Virus record (IMG/VR): IMGVR_UViG_3300037189_011323
Coordinates: 1-64,000 of that record
Length of the DNA: 64,000 nucleotides
From: an uncultured virus (IMG/VR IMGVR_UViG_3300037189_011323)
Taxonomy: Duplodnaviria > Heunggongvirae > Uroviricota > Caudoviricetes
Direction: 5' to 3' (one strand)
Shown: in pieces, positions 17,787 to 29,600 of the stretch
Layout of the letters: the number at the start of each line of letters is the position of its first letter
How positions within the stretch are numbered: the stretch's first letter is position 1
Translations under genes and position numbers: made by a program
Notes under the pieces: model-generated
What the model saw: only the letters and a program-made list of their open reading frames with translations
What the model was told of the DNA's origin: nothing
Database searches by the model: none

Positions 17787-18833
17787 ATGGCATCATTATT
17801 TAATTTCGCACCGCAAAACTATTATACTAGAACACCTGGATACAATCAAAATCCAGCTACTTTCTATAATCCTGGTGAATTACAACCTACTGGTTATGGC
17901 AGACAACCTGATGTTGCTGGTTATCTTGGCTATGGTGCAGCTGTTGGTGCACTTACAGTTGGAACACAAGGTTATAGATTACCTACACAAAACTTTTACA
18001 ATTATGGTGTTAACAATCCTGGTTTGTTTGGTGCACAAACACTTAAAACAAGTGTAAAAGATGTTGCAATTAATGCTGCTCTTACAGGGTTAGTGTATGG
18101 ATTAACTGGTGGACCATCTACTGATCCTACTAACGGTCGCTTAAGTGGTACTGGTGTACAACAAGGTGCTACACCACGACAATTGTTACCAACACAAACA
18201 CCAAGAACCAATCCAGATGATGGTAAAGAAGATCGTGTTGTAATATATGACCAAACTGGTAGATTCATTGGTCAAAGTGATATCTTCAAACCACTTAAGA
18301 ATACTGGTGGTGTGTTATTTCCATATACTCCAACTATTCAAGTTGGTCATAAAGCAAGTTATGAAATGATGCAACTTGTGCATACCAATTATCCTACACC
18401 AGCTTATCAACACAGTGCTATTGAGAATATATCTATACAAGCATTGTTTACAGCAAATTATCGTGCAGAGGCAGAATATATTATTGCTATGATGCATTTC
18501 TTTCGCACTGCTACAAAGATGTTTTATGGTCAAGATCAATTAGCTGGCACACCGCCACCTATTTTATTTCTTGATGGTTATGGTCCATACACGTTTGATC
18601 ATATACCAGTTGTAATCACAAGTTTTGATTATACACTACCTAATGATGTTGATTATATAAGTTGCACTATTATGAATGAGCGTCAAAAAGTTCCTACAAC
18701 TCTTAATGTAAGTTTAAGTCTTGTCCCAACTTACAGTCGTAATAAAGTTAGTAATGAGTTTGGTTTGGTTAATTATAGTCAAGGCACACTTAAAACAAGT
18801 GGTCGTGGTAATCGCAGCGGAGGATGGATCTAA
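17787..18833 (+). CDS. Baseplate/tail-tube initiator-like protein (gp48/gp54-like)
   Basis: GVLFPYTPTIQ, PPPILFLDGYG and IPVVITSFDYTLP; first gene of the baseplate operon. Confidence 0.55.
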   Translation: MASLFNFAPQNYYTRTPGYNQNPATFYNPGELQPTGYGRQPDVAGYLGYGAAVGALTVGTQGYRLPTQNFYNYGVNNPGLFGAQTLKTSVKDVAINAALTGLVYGLTGGPSTDPTNGRLSGTGVQQGATPRQLLPTQTPRTNPDDGKEDRVVIYDQTGRFIGQSDIFKPLKNTGGVLFPYTPTIQVGHKASYEMMQLVHTNYPTPAYQHSAIENISIQALFTANYRAEAEYIIAMMHFFRTATKMFYGQDQLAGTPPPILFLDGYGPYTFDHIPVVITSFDYTLPNDVDYISCTIMNERQKVPTTLNVSLSLVPTYSRNKVSNEFGLVNYSQGTLKTSGRGNRSGGWI

Positions 18834-19147
18834 TGGCAAGCACACCAAATTATCCTGCCGCAAGTTCTTATTATGGCACACCAAGTTTTGATAATAATCA
18901 GTTTCTTGATTTGTTAAATTATCGTGCAATACCTAAATTGGTTGATGATATTCTTTTTACTATACCGCCACAATATGAATATCGTCCAGACTTGTTAGCA
19001 TTTGACCTTTATGGAGACCCTACACTTTGGTGGGTATTTGCTGTGCGTAATCCTAATACACTTATTGATCCGCTTTGGGATTTTGTCGCTAATGCAGTAA
19101 TATATTTGCCAAAAAAAGCCACGCTACAGAACGCATTGGGTATCTAA
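18833..19147 (+). CDS. gp53: Baseplate wedge protein, gp53-like (LysM-like)
   Basis: YRPDLLAFDLYGDPTLWWVF motif. Start probably ATG 18833 (TAATG overlap, GGAGG upstream). Confidence 0.8.
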   Translation: MASTPNYPAASSYYGTPSFDNNQFLDLLNYRAIPKLVDDILFTIPPQYEYRPDLLAFDLYGDPTLWWVFAVRNPNTLIDPLWDFVANAVIYLPKKATLQNALGI

Positions 19148-22100
19148 ATGGCATCAAATTTGACCAAAGATCAACAATTAAGTGCTGCCAATGCTCAATA
19201 CAAGAATTGGGTTAATCAACAGATTGCCGCCAATGGTGGTTATTATCCAACTATAGACCAAATTAACCAATATAAAGCAAGTGTTCTTAATACAGGATTG
19301 TATCCTGATTTAGATATAGGTGTTGCACCACCACCGCCTGGTGTAGATGTAAACATAGCACCAAGTCAATTTTTTATTGTAGGGCAAGATGCATTAAATG
19401 CAGATCGTGGTAGTGGTTATAGCGGTAATCCAATCTTTACAGGTGGTATAAGTGATAACACAACATTAGAACAATTTACAGCTGCGCAAGATGCTTATGG
19501 TAGTGCACTACAAGCACAACAAGATGCGCTGGCACGTAGTAGTGCCGCAGAAGCACAAGCCGCACAAAATGCACTTGCAGCCGCACAAGCACGTGTAAAG
19601 GCATTAGAAGCGCAATTAGCGGCTGATAGTCCAATGGACCCTACTCTAACAAGCAGTGCACAAGTACAAGCTGCAAGTAGTGCCGCAAATCAACGCAGTG
19701 GTCAAGAGATTTCACCAACTGGTGCAGTTACTGATCCAACTACTCTTGCTGAACAATACAGTCAGTATCGTAGTGGTGGAACTGTTATTCAAAATAGCAC
19801 ACCTGCAAGTAATCCTGATAGACAAGCACAATTAGACCGTATTAATGATTCTTACACTGCAACAAGCAGTGGTAGCGGAACTGATGTAACAGCCCAAACA
19901 CCATCTACAAATAATCAAAATATAGAAAATTTTAATCGTGATAGACTTACTGATGCAACAGAAGTATCAGCTGCACCATTAAATAAAACTAATAGTGCAG
20001 CAGAGGATAATCCACAAAATGGTGCTACAACAGGTAGCAGCGATAGTAGGGTTTATACTGACCAACAAGTAAATGGTATGCGTGGACGTGGATTGCCTGA
20101 TAAAAATCCAAGTGGTTCAGATGCAGCAACAAACGGTAGTAATAGCGTAAGCATATTAAAAAGTGGCAAAGCATATGATGAAGGTGTAAATGGTGGTAAT
20201 CAAAGCACTGCCGCACCTACTGGTGGTAATGCTTCACGCACAAATAAATTACACAATTATGTCAACTACACTTATAGATTAAGTTTATATGCGATACCTA
20301 GAGAAACAGTAAACTCTATATTTGCAAGTAGCACTACACCAACAAATCAACAAATACTTGCAAACAGTGTTTGGATTTGTAGTGATAGTGGACAAGGACA
20401 AAACAAACGTGATGCTAATTTTCCTGTTGATTTAACAATTGATAATCTTGAATTAGAAACAATAGTAAATGCTAATAATAGCAGAACTCGTGCAACTGAT
20501 GTAATAAAACTTAAGTTTGATATTATTGAACCATATACTGTTAATTTTCTTGGTAGACTTATGAAGTTAAGTGCCAAAGTAAATCCAAATGGTAATTGGA
20601 GCACAATGTTCTTTGTATTGAAAATAGAATTTATGGGATATACAGATAACGGTCAACCAATTATTCCTAGTGGTGGCGGTGATACAATTCCAAATACTAC
20701 AAAGTTTATTCCATTTACAATGATTAACATGAAGTTTAATGTTACAAGTAGTGGTGGAAAGTATCACATTGATGGTATTCCTGTTAATGCTCTTGCGCTT
20801 ACTGCACTTGATAATCAAATACCATTCCACGTAGAAGTAAGTGGACAAAACATAAATGATTTATTTAACGAAGGATTACAAAGCACAACTAAATCAACTG
20901 CAACTGGTGGAGCAGCAAGAGAACAAAATACTGTTACAACACAAAATACAGTTAATGGTAACAATACTACTGTAACTAAAGGTCTTGCAAAAGCACTTAA
21001 TGCAAATGAAGAACAAAAGGTAAGTCAAAATACTCAAGGTAAACCAAACACTTATGCATTTGATTTCCAAGATCATTTACCAAGTGCAAAGATAGTTGAT
21101 CCAGAACAATACTTTAAGATTCAAGGAGTACCTGGCGTAAAAGGTAAAGACCAAAAAGAAATTGACCAAGGTAAGGTTGGTTCACTTGTAGCTGATTTAC
21201 AAAAAGGTGTATTTCGTGCAAATCCAGGTACTCGTATCACAGATTTTATTTCAAGTGTGTTATCAGTAAGCACATATATGACAGACCAATACAAAGATGA
21301 TGGTAGTAATAATACAGCACCACTTAAAACTTGGAAGATTACTCCTGTAGTTCAGTTTAATGATATTGATCCTAAAACAAATTTTTATGCACGTGATATA
21401 ACTTATGTTGTGCGAGAATATACAACTTATGGTCAAGATGCGCCTAACTTTGGTCAAGCACGTGTGCAAAATAATCGTATTGTGAAAACCTACAAATACA
21501 TTTATAGCGGTAATAATCAAGATGTGCTAGATGCAAGCATTGATTTTCAAATGGCTTTCTTTGAATTAAAAAATGGTGTGCCAATGAACTATATTGATCG
21601 TGATGGTTTAACACCTGGTGCAGCACAGGCACAAACTGTAAGCCAAAGTCCATCAACAATAAAGCGATTCTTTATGCCACGCTATCAATATACTAATGGT
21701 CTTGCTAATCGCCAAAACACTGGTCCAACTACTATTGATTTGAAAAGCATTGGTGTTCAAGAATTAATGGAAAAATTATTTGATAATCGTGGTGATATGA
21801 TTACACTTGACATTACAATTGTTGGTGATCCAGATTGGATAAGTCAAGATTATCCACTTATGCATCCAACTCTTGTTGGCAATGATGCTTACTTACAAAA
21901 TGGCAGTATTAATTACAGTAATGCTGTTTATTTTAATTTTTATTTTGCAACACCTAATACAGATTATAATGATGTTACTGGTATATTTGATGATAGAAAT
22001 AATTACAGCGAATTTAGTGGAATCTATCAAGTTGTAAGTGTAAAGAGTAATTTTAGTAATGGTAGATTCACACAAAAATTAACTAACTTCCGTGTTCGTA

Positions 22101-22378
22101 ATCAAGAAGAAGTTCAGAGCAGTGCTATACGTAATGATAGTGTAAATCCAAATGCTCCAACCTCAAGTAACAATGCAGGTGCTGCACCACTAGAAAAAGC
22201 TACTAACAGTATAACTATTCCACCTGATCCAAGATTGAATATTCCAACAGGAACTAATGCACCATCTAATAATCAACCAATTTATAATGTTACTGATCCA
22301 CGTGTAGGATTACCGCCACCAAGTAATAATTACAATGAAGACGCAGCTATACGAAACTACTATTTGGGAGTTGATTAA
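19148..22378 (+). CDS. Baseplate hub protein (gp27/tail-D-like) with a long low-complexity N-terminus
   Basis: C-terminal ITIVGDP and FSGIYQVVSVKSNFSNGRFTQKL motifs; lies between gp53 and gp5. Confidence 0.6.
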   Translation: MASNLTKDQQLSAANAQYKNWVNQQIAANGGYYPTIDQINQYKASVLNTGLYPDLDIGVAPPPPGVDVNIAPSQFFIVGQDALNADRGSGYSGNPIFTGGISDNTTLEQFTAAQDAYGSALQAQQDALARSSAAEAQAAQNALAAAQARVKALEAQLAADSPMDPTLTSSAQVQAASSAANQRSGQEISPTGAVTDPTTLAEQYSQYRSGGTVIQNSTPASNPDRQAQLDRINDSYTATSSGSGTDVTAQTPSTNNQNIENFNRDRLTDATEVSAAPLNKTNSAAEDNPQNGATTGSSDSRVYTDQQVNGMRGRGLPDKNPSGSDAATNGSNSVSILKSGKAYDEGVNGGNQSTAAPTGGNASRTNKLHNYVNYTYRLSLYAIPRETVNSIFASSTTPTNQQILANSVWICSDSGQGQNKRDANFPVDLTIDNLELETIVNANNSRTRATDVIKLKFDIIEPYTVNFLGRLMKLSAKVNPNGNWSTMFFVLKIEFMGYTDNGQPIIPSGGGDTIPNTTKFIPFTMINMKFNVTSSGGKYHIDGIPVNALALTALDNQIPFHVEVSGQNINDLFNEGLQSTTKSTATGGAAREQNTVTTQNTVNGNNTTVTKGLAKALNANEEQKVSQNTQGKPNTYAFDFQDHLPSAKIVDPEQYFKIQGVPGVKGKDQKEIDQGKVGSLVADLQKGVFRANPGTRITDFISSVLSVSTYMTDQYKDDGSNNTAPLKTWKITPVVQFNDIDPKTNFYARDITYVVREYTTYGQDAPNFGQARVQNNRIVKTYKYIYSGNNQDVLDASIDFQMAFFELKNGVPMNYIDRDGLTPGAAQAQTVSQSPSTIKRFFMPRYQYTNGLANRQNTGPTTIDLKSIGVQELMEKLFDNRGDMITLDITIVGDPDWISQDYPLMHPTLVGNDAYLQNGSINYSNAVYFNFYFATPNTDYNDVTGIFDDRNNYSEFSGIYQVVSVKSNFSNGRFTQKLTNFRVRNQEEVQSSAIRNDSVNPNAPTSSNNAGAAPLEKATNSITIPPDPRLNIPTGTNAPSNNQPIYNVTDPRVGLPPPSNNYNEDAAIRNYYLGVD

Positions 22379-22380
22379 TA

Positions 22381-25300
22381 ATGACTTGGTTTACAGAACA
22401 AGAAACTAGTAAAACAGCACCAAATACAAAATCAGAAGCCTCTGCTGGTAATCGTATTAATCCTGGTCCTTATATTGGTATTGTTAAAAACGTTGTTGAC
22501 CCACTGTATAGTGGTAGATTACAAGTTTATATTCCAGATTTAGGTGGTGATGAAACTGACCCCACCAGTTACAAAAGCATGATGTATGCGACACCATTCT
22601 ATGGTCGCACTAATATTCAAGATGGCAGTAGCTTTGCTGGTAGTCCACACAGTTATGGTATGTGGTTTGTGCCACCTGATATTGATAATAAAGTGCTATG
22701 TATATTTGCTAACGGTGATCCTGCAAAAGGTTATTGGTTTGCTTGTATTCCAGATTGGCCAGCACTACACATGGTTCCTGGCATAAGTGGTCCAGTTGAT
22801 GGTAGTAGTCCTGCACCAGTAGTAGATCATTTTGATAATAAAGATAATCCAAGTAACTTATCTAGTGTACGAACACTTGACAGATATATTCATGAATATC
22901 AACAGAAAACTTGGGAAGACCAAGGATTATTACAAGACCCAGATCGTGGACCTGGTCGCAGTAGCGCACAACGTGAAACACCAAGTGGTGTGTTTGGTAT
23001 ATCTACACCTGGTCGTCCAATACTAGATGAAGACCCACAACTTTATCCTGACAATCTTGGCTTTACAAGTGGTGGTGTAAAGCAAAAAACACCTGGTCAA
23101 CTTATGGGTGTAATGGGTCGTAAGGGCGGTCATACACTTGTTATGGATGATGGCGATGCCAATGGCAATAACCAAATGTTCCGTATTCGCAGTGCCGCTG
23201 GTCATATGATATTAATGAATGACACCAAAGAGTTTCTTTATATTATTAACAGTAAAGGCACTGCTTGGGTTGAAATGGATGCTAAAGGTAGCATTAATGT
23301 TTATGCTGAAAGCCAGATGAATATATTTGCTAAAGATAGCTTTAGTCTTGAGTCAAGTGGTGCTATAAAAATAAAAGGTAAGACAGTTGATATTCTTGCA
23401 GAGAATGGATTAAGTTTACAAGGTGCTGATGTTAACGTATTAGGAAGTGGTAGCACAAAGATTGCTGGTAAACAGAACCTACACCTACACAGTAAAAAGA
23501 ATACCTATCTTACTGGTGAATCATGTATACAAATTAAAGCAGATGGGCATATTGATCTTAAAGCTAGTTGTCATACTATTAATACTGCTGATGCAACTAA
23601 AGCTACTGAAGCGGCTGAAGTTAAAAATAAACCAACAAATATGCCACAGCATGAACCAAGAAATAAAGGTGCTGGTAGTTTAACAGCAAGTCCAACACCT
23701 AATGCTAAAAACAATGCAGCTACTAATCCAAATAATCCTTATGGTCAAGGTAATAACTTTGGCAGTGGTGGTGCACAACCAAATTATGGTCCACAAACTA
23801 ATAATGTTCAACCAGTTGTTTATAACAGTGGACCACAAGGTAGTTTACAAGGTCAAGGCAGTGTTTATGGTAGTTATAAACCAGACAATTATAATGGCGG
23901 TGGTATAGATTGGACAGTAGCTGGCACTATCGCTGGTGCTATTGCTGGTATTGCATTTAGTGGTGGTAGTAGTTATAATGTAACAAATGATGCTGATCCA
24001 AAATTAAGTGTTGGTGAAGCACAGAACAATCCAGGCAACTTACCATACAATAATACTGATACATTTGCCGTGGGTTATAATAATAATCTTGCCGTATATG
24101 CAAAACCAGAAGGCGGTATTGCGGCACTTGCATTAGCATTTGATGCACTGAATATAGGTGTAAGCACACGTAGCATTGATCTTATACAAGGTTTCTTAAA
24201 TGCAAAGAGCAATGTAGATCCTAAAGTTATTGATATGACTCGTTATATGCACCAAAATTTAGGTATAGTTGCTGATGATTATGTTGCATTATATGATCCT
24301 AATACACGTATTGGTTGGGTTGCTTATGCAATACAGTATATTCAAGGTAGATTAATTTATAGTTATGACCAAGTAGTGACTGGTTGTGCATTAAGTCTTG
24401 GTATAAGTGTAACAGACTTCTTAATGGGTATTCAACCACTTACTAAACCATGGCAAAACAATAATGGTTATAATCCGCTAAGTGGATTTGTTAATCCTGC
24501 ACAGAATAACAATATTGTTCAGCGTGGTAGCAGTCCGCTACAAACTATTGGCAGTGCAATTGGTGGTGGTTTGATTGGTGGGTTGATTGGTAGCTTTATA
24601 CAAGGCAATCAACGTAGTAATCAAGGTGGTATTGTTGCAGTTACTGATGCTAATTCTGCAAGACGTTATTTGGAAGCTAATCCAAATACACCTAATGGCA
24701 CCGTATTCCAATATCCTGATGGTAGCACATTTACATTAGGCGGTGGCAGCGTAACTTATGTTGATAATGGTGGTTATAATGTAACTAATGTTCAACAATA
24801 TGGTGGACCAACTAATGAAGCTATCGGTTCTGATATTCGCTTTGATGGTATCATTAATAATGGCACACAAGGCAGTGGTGGCTGTGCTACACTAGCGCAA
24901 ACATATGCACCTAATCTTGGTCATACAAGCACTTGGAGTGCTGGTGATAGTATTACTAATGGAACCGCACAACCAGGTGATGTATATGCTACATTTGCAC
25001 CTGGTGGTAGTTATACAGGTCAAAGTGGCACATGTCATACAGTTATCTTTAACAATTACACTTATGATAATAATGGTAATATTAATGGTGCCTATGTTAC
25101 TGAACAATATGTTGGTCAGCCTCCACATACAGCTTTCTATAGTGCATCACGCACTGACAAATATGAAGTATTCCAAAACTTTAAACGTGTTCAAAGTGAT
25201 ACTGCTCCAAGTGGTGCTAACGTAACACAAACACAACAATATAATAATGTTACTGGTCAAAGAACACAACAAAGTTATGCACAAGATAGTAATCCAATTC

Positions 25301-26178
25301 CTCAACCAAGAGACAATACACCAGTCGTAGAAACTTCTGATAGTCGTGATATGAAGTCAACTGCTGTACGTTCACCGATGAATCCAAATGATGCATTTGG
25401 TGATACTATTGCTAATCCTAAAGATACTGCAACTGGTCGTTATTATGATCCACGTACTGGTGAAGTAGTATCAACATACTCTTATAGTGGTGGTGCACCT
25501 GCTGGTGCAAATCCTGGTGATATAGCAACAGGTGGTTATGGTGCACCTGCACCAAACACTGATTTCTATCCTGAAGATTTCTACAGCAGAACAGCAAAAA
25601 ATTATGATACAATTTATGATCCAAGAACTAACGATGTTGTTCAAGTAGAAAAGCCATCACAATCAGCATATTACTATTATGATGATGTCCATCCTGCAAG
25701 TAGTTCAGTTTATAATCCATATGAAGATTCAGCTAATACTGAATTAAAGAATGTAACTCAAAGTTCAACATATTATGAACGTGATTATCTTGACCCAGGT
25801 CAAAACAGAAACAGTGATATAACAACCGAAAGTAATTTTGATGCGGCAAGTAAAGCTGCAAATCTTGGAAGTGATAATAATCTTGGTATTGCGGCACCAG
25901 ATGCGGCTGATGCACCACTGGCTGTAAACAATTATCAAACTACATATGATGTTCGCACAGGTGAAGTTGTTACAGTTGGTAGCAGTGGAACAGCAGTTCA
26001 ACCACCATCTGTATCAAATGTAAATGGTGTACGGCCAGAGTATGATCCATTAACAGGAAAATTAATTAACCAACCAATTACAGGTGCTAATAAACCACCT
26101 GGAACTGGTGGTGCAAACGGTGGACAAAAGACACCACAAGGAAGTTCACAAACAGGAGCAGGCGGTAAGTCCTGTTAA
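22381..26178 (+). CDS. gp5: Baseplate central spike, gp5/VgrG-like, with C-terminal cell-wall enzyme domains
   Basis: DPLYSGRLQVYIP OB-fold start, GMWFVPPD, GHTLVMDD beta-helix, then an NNPGNL domain and a Cys/His amidase-like domain. Confidence 0.8.
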   Translation: MTWFTEQETSKTAPNTKSEASAGNRINPGPYIGIVKNVVDPLYSGRLQVYIPDLGGDETDPTSYKSMMYATPFYGRTNIQDGSSFAGSPHSYGMWFVPPDIDNKVLCIFANGDPAKGYWFACIPDWPALHMVPGISGPVDGSSPAPVVDHFDNKDNPSNLSSVRTLDRYIHEYQQKTWEDQGLLQDPDRGPGRSSAQRETPSGVFGISTPGRPILDEDPQLYPDNLGFTSGGVKQKTPGQLMGVMGRKGGHTLVMDDGDANGNNQMFRIRSAAGHMILMNDTKEFLYIINSKGTAWVEMDAKGSINVYAESQMNIFAKDSFSLESSGAIKIKGKTVDILAENGLSLQGADVNVLGSGSTKIAGKQNLHLHSKKNTYLTGESCIQIKADGHIDLKASCHTINTADATKATEAAEVKNKPTNMPQHEPRNKGAGSLTASPTPNAKNNAATNPNNPYGQGNNFGSGGAQPNYGPQTNNVQPVVYNSGPQGSLQGQGSVYGSYKPDNYNGGGIDWTVAGTIAGAIAGIAFSGGSSYNVTNDADPKLSVGEAQNNPGNLPYNNTDTFAVGYNNNLAVYAKPEGGIAALALAFDALNIGVSTRSIDLIQGFLNAKSNVDPKVIDMTRYMHQNLGIVADDYVALYDPNTRIGWVAYAIQYIQGRLIYSYDQVVTGCALSLGISVTDFLMGIQPLTKPWQNNNGYNPLSGFVNPAQNNNIVQRGSSPLQTIGSAIGGGLIGGLIGSFIQGNQRSNQGGIVAVTDANSARRYLEANPNTPNGTVFQYPDGSTFTLGGGSVTYVDNGGYNVTNVQQYGGPTNEAIGSDIRFDGIINNGTQGSGGCATLAQTYAPNLGHTSTWSAGDSITNGTAQPGDVYATFAPGGSYTGQSGTCHTVIFNNYTYDNNGNINGAYVTEQYVGQPPHTAFYSASRTDKYEVFQNFKRVQSDTAPSGANVTQTQQYNNVTGQRTQQSYAQDSNPIPQPRDNTPVVETSDSRDMKSTAVRSPMNPNDAFGDTIANPKDTATGRYYDPRTGEVVSTYSYSGGAPAGANPGDIATGGYGAPAPNTDFYPEDFYSRTAKNYDTIYDPRTNDVVQVEKPSQSAYYYYDDVHPASSSVYNPYEDSANTELKNVTQSSTYYERDYLDPGQNRNSDITTESNFDAASKAANLGSDNNLGIAAPDAADAPLAVNNYQTTYDVRTGEVVTVGSSGTAVQPPSVSNVNGVRPEYDPLTGKLINQPITGANKPPGTGGANGGQKTPQGSSQTGAGGKSC

Positions 26179-26186
26179 ATATACAC

Positions 26187-26573
26187 ATGGCATTATACAA
26201 AGGCTACAGCAGCGTAAACAGAGATTTTGGTCCATTTGCAATAACTGATAATGATCTTATCATACAGGATTTGCTTAATCATTTAAACATACGCAAAGGT
26301 GAAAAGCTACACAATCCAAATTTTGGAACTATTATTTGGTATCGATTATTTGATCCACTTACACCAGCACTTAAGAATGAAATAAAAGCAGATTTAGATA
26401 GAATTATTTCATATGATCCACGTTTTACGGTTGTAAGTGAAACATTAGTCCAAGAAAGTCCAGATGGTCATGGTTTGGTATTGAGTTTTAGTTTACAGTT
26501 CAGTGGCGGAAACAAGATTGTAGACTTAAGTTTACTGTTCGATAAGAACAGCAGCAAACTTTATGTATTATAA
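26187..26573 (+). CDS. gp25: Baseplate wedge subunit, gp25-like
   Basis: RKGEKLHNPNFGT..W..LFDPL and YDPR motifs. Confidence 0.9.
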   Translation: MALYKGYSSVNRDFGPFAITDNDLIIQDLLNHLNIRKGEKLHNPNFGTIIWYRLFDPLTPALKNEIKADLDRIISYDPRFTVVSETLVQESPDGHGLVLSFSLQFSGGNKIVDLSLLFDKNSSKLYVL

Positions 26574-26616
26574 TAGTAGCATATTATTTTCAAAATAAAT
26601 AATAAGAGGTTTTTAA

Positions 26617-29600
26617 ATGGCTACTAATACTCGTCAAACCAATATATTTGCAGCTGAAGATTGGAAGAAAGTTTATACAACATTCTCCAATGCTGATTTC
26701 CAAAGTTATGATTTTGAAACGCTTCGCAAAGTATTGGTTGATTACATCAAGACTTATTATGCAGAAGATTTCAACGACTTTATTGAAAGCAGTGAGTATG
26801 TAGCACTACTTGATTTGATTGCATTTATGGGACAAAGTGTTGCTTTTCGCACTGACCTTAATGCACGTGAAAACTTTCTTGAAACTGCAGAACGCCGTGA
26901 TAGCGTCCTGAAACTAGCAAAACAATTAAATTATGTTCCAAACCGTAATCGTGCAGCTAATGGATTATTAAAAATTAAATCTGTTAATACTACTGAAAAC
27001 ATTTTTGATGTTAATGGCAGTAACTTAAGTCGTGTAACAGTTAATTGGAATGATGCAAACAATGCGGCTTGGGTAAGCCAGTTCACACAGATTCTTAATG
27101 CGGCTATTACCAAATCTACAAAGATTGGTAAACCATATGCAAGCAAGACTATTAACAATATTCGCACTGAACAATATAACATTGCAGTACCAAATACTAT
27201 ACTTCCAATCTTTGCTTTTAACAGCACAATTAATGATGTTTCAACTAATTTTGAAATTGTGAGCGCAAACATTCTTAACACTGATACTATAAGTGAATAT
27301 GAACCAGGTAGTCGTGGACAATTTGGTATGATTTACCAAAATGATAGTCGTGGTAATGCTTCTTCAAACACTGGATATTTCTTATATTTCAAACAAGGTA
27401 GTTTGAATAGCACTGACTTCCTTATCACAGAAAAGATTGCTAATCGTGTTATTGATGTAGATGTTGCTAATATCAATAACAGTGATATATGGATGTATGA
27501 AATTACTAATGGTGCTATTGGTAATAACTGGACACAGGTTCCAGCTACAAGTAGTAGCAGTGCAATTTATAATTCCACAGCACGTGGTATCCGCACTCTT
27601 TATAGCGTTAATACACGCATCAATGACCAAATATCACTAGTGTTTGGTGATGGTAGCTTTGCAGATATTCCTATTGGTAACTATCGTGTTTACTATCGTG
27701 TAAGCAACGGTTTAACTTACCGTATTACACCGAATGATTTAAACAATGTTACTGTTGCTGTTCCTTATATCAGTAGCACTGGTAAGCCAGAAACACTTAC
27801 AATTACTGCAAGTCTACAGTATACTGTAAGTAATAGTAGTCGTCGTGATTTAACAAATGAAATTAAGATTAAGGCACCACAGTCTTATTACAGTCAAGGT
27901 CGTATGGTAAATGGCGAAGATTACAATACTTTTCCATATACAAGTTATAGTGACATTGTTAAAGTAAAATCTGTAAATCGTTATGCTAGTGGTGTAAGTC
28001 GTGGTTTAGATATTACTGACCCTACTGGCAAATATACTTCTACTGATTTGTATGCACGTGATGGTGCTCTTTATAAAAACCAATACAATCAGTTGCTGAC
28101 TTTTATATATAATAGTCGCAATGATATTATTAATGTTATCAACACACAAATCTTGCCGATTGTTCAAGATTACCCAATGCGGCATTTTTATTTTGAAAAC
28201 TATACGCCAATAGATTTTGCTACATTACAACCAACTACTTGGGAACGTAGCACAGATGATACTACAAGTAGCACAGGTTTCTTTTTAGATCCTGCTGATA
28301 GCACAGATACACCAGTTCAAATTGGCAATAGCACAACAACGTATCGCAAATACTTACAAGTTGGTAGTTTGATTAAATTTACTGCACCAACAGGTTATTA
28401 TTTTGATGCTACAAATACACTTGTATTAGGTAGTCCAAGCCTACGCAGTGATCGCACTTATGTATGGGCAAGTATTCAAAGTATTACAGGTAGTGGTGCA
28501 ACTACTGTATTAGTTGCTGGTCGTAATATTGGTGCTGTTACTATAAGTGAAAGCATACCAACTGGTGCTATCATAAGTTCAGTTTATACACCATTTACAA
28601 CTAATTTCCAATATACTACAATTAATACAATTGTAAACTATATCTTAAACAAAACAGAATTTGCACTTATATATGATTACACTAAAACTGCTGGTGTAAA
28701 CGATCCTTGGACTATTATACCTATTACTAATGTAAATCAAAGTAGTGAATTTAATTTAGGTACACAATATACTACTAATGATAGTAGTTGGTTATTCTTG
28801 TTTACCACTGATACTATAAAATATACTGTAAAATATCGTCAGCTTGATTTTGTATTTGGCAGTCAAAATCAAGTAGCGTTTATTAATACAAATCCACAGA
28901 TTGTTTATGATGCTACTACTAACACACGTGTTCGTGATAACATTCGTTTAACAACAGTTAATAGTGGTTTAAGTAAAGATGTTAATATGAATGTTTACAA
29001 AAACTTTACAACAAGCGATGGTTATAGTGATACAAGTCGTGTATATGTAACATATCCTATAAGCAATACTAATCAGTTGCCAACTGATCCAAGCATTTTT
29101 AGTGAAGCAACTGCTGGCACACCTATATTACTTTTTTACGAGCGTTATAATGATGCACAAAATCTTGTGCGTTATAGATTGTTATCAACAGGAACAATTA
29201 TTGCAACATTTAACACATATAGTGATATTAATTATGTTCGTAACAATTATCCAGTTAGTACAGTGTTTTATGCACTTTTAGATCAACTTTTTTATAGAAT
29301 TGATATTACTAATACTGTCACATATCTTACAAACGTGACTAGTAGTTATCTAGCATACTATGGTCGTCAAGACATGGTATTTGAATATCAACATAATGCA
29401 GAAAATACTCGTCGTCTTGATCCAGCGGCCACAAACTTGATTGACTCTTATATTCTTACACGCAGCTATGATGAAAGCTATCGTAATTATGTTTATGATA
29501 ATACGAACACTGTTGCAAGACCTGCAGATTTAGATACAGTTCAATTAAACAATAGTTATAGTGGATTGTTTAATTATAAGATGATAAGTGATGAAATGAT

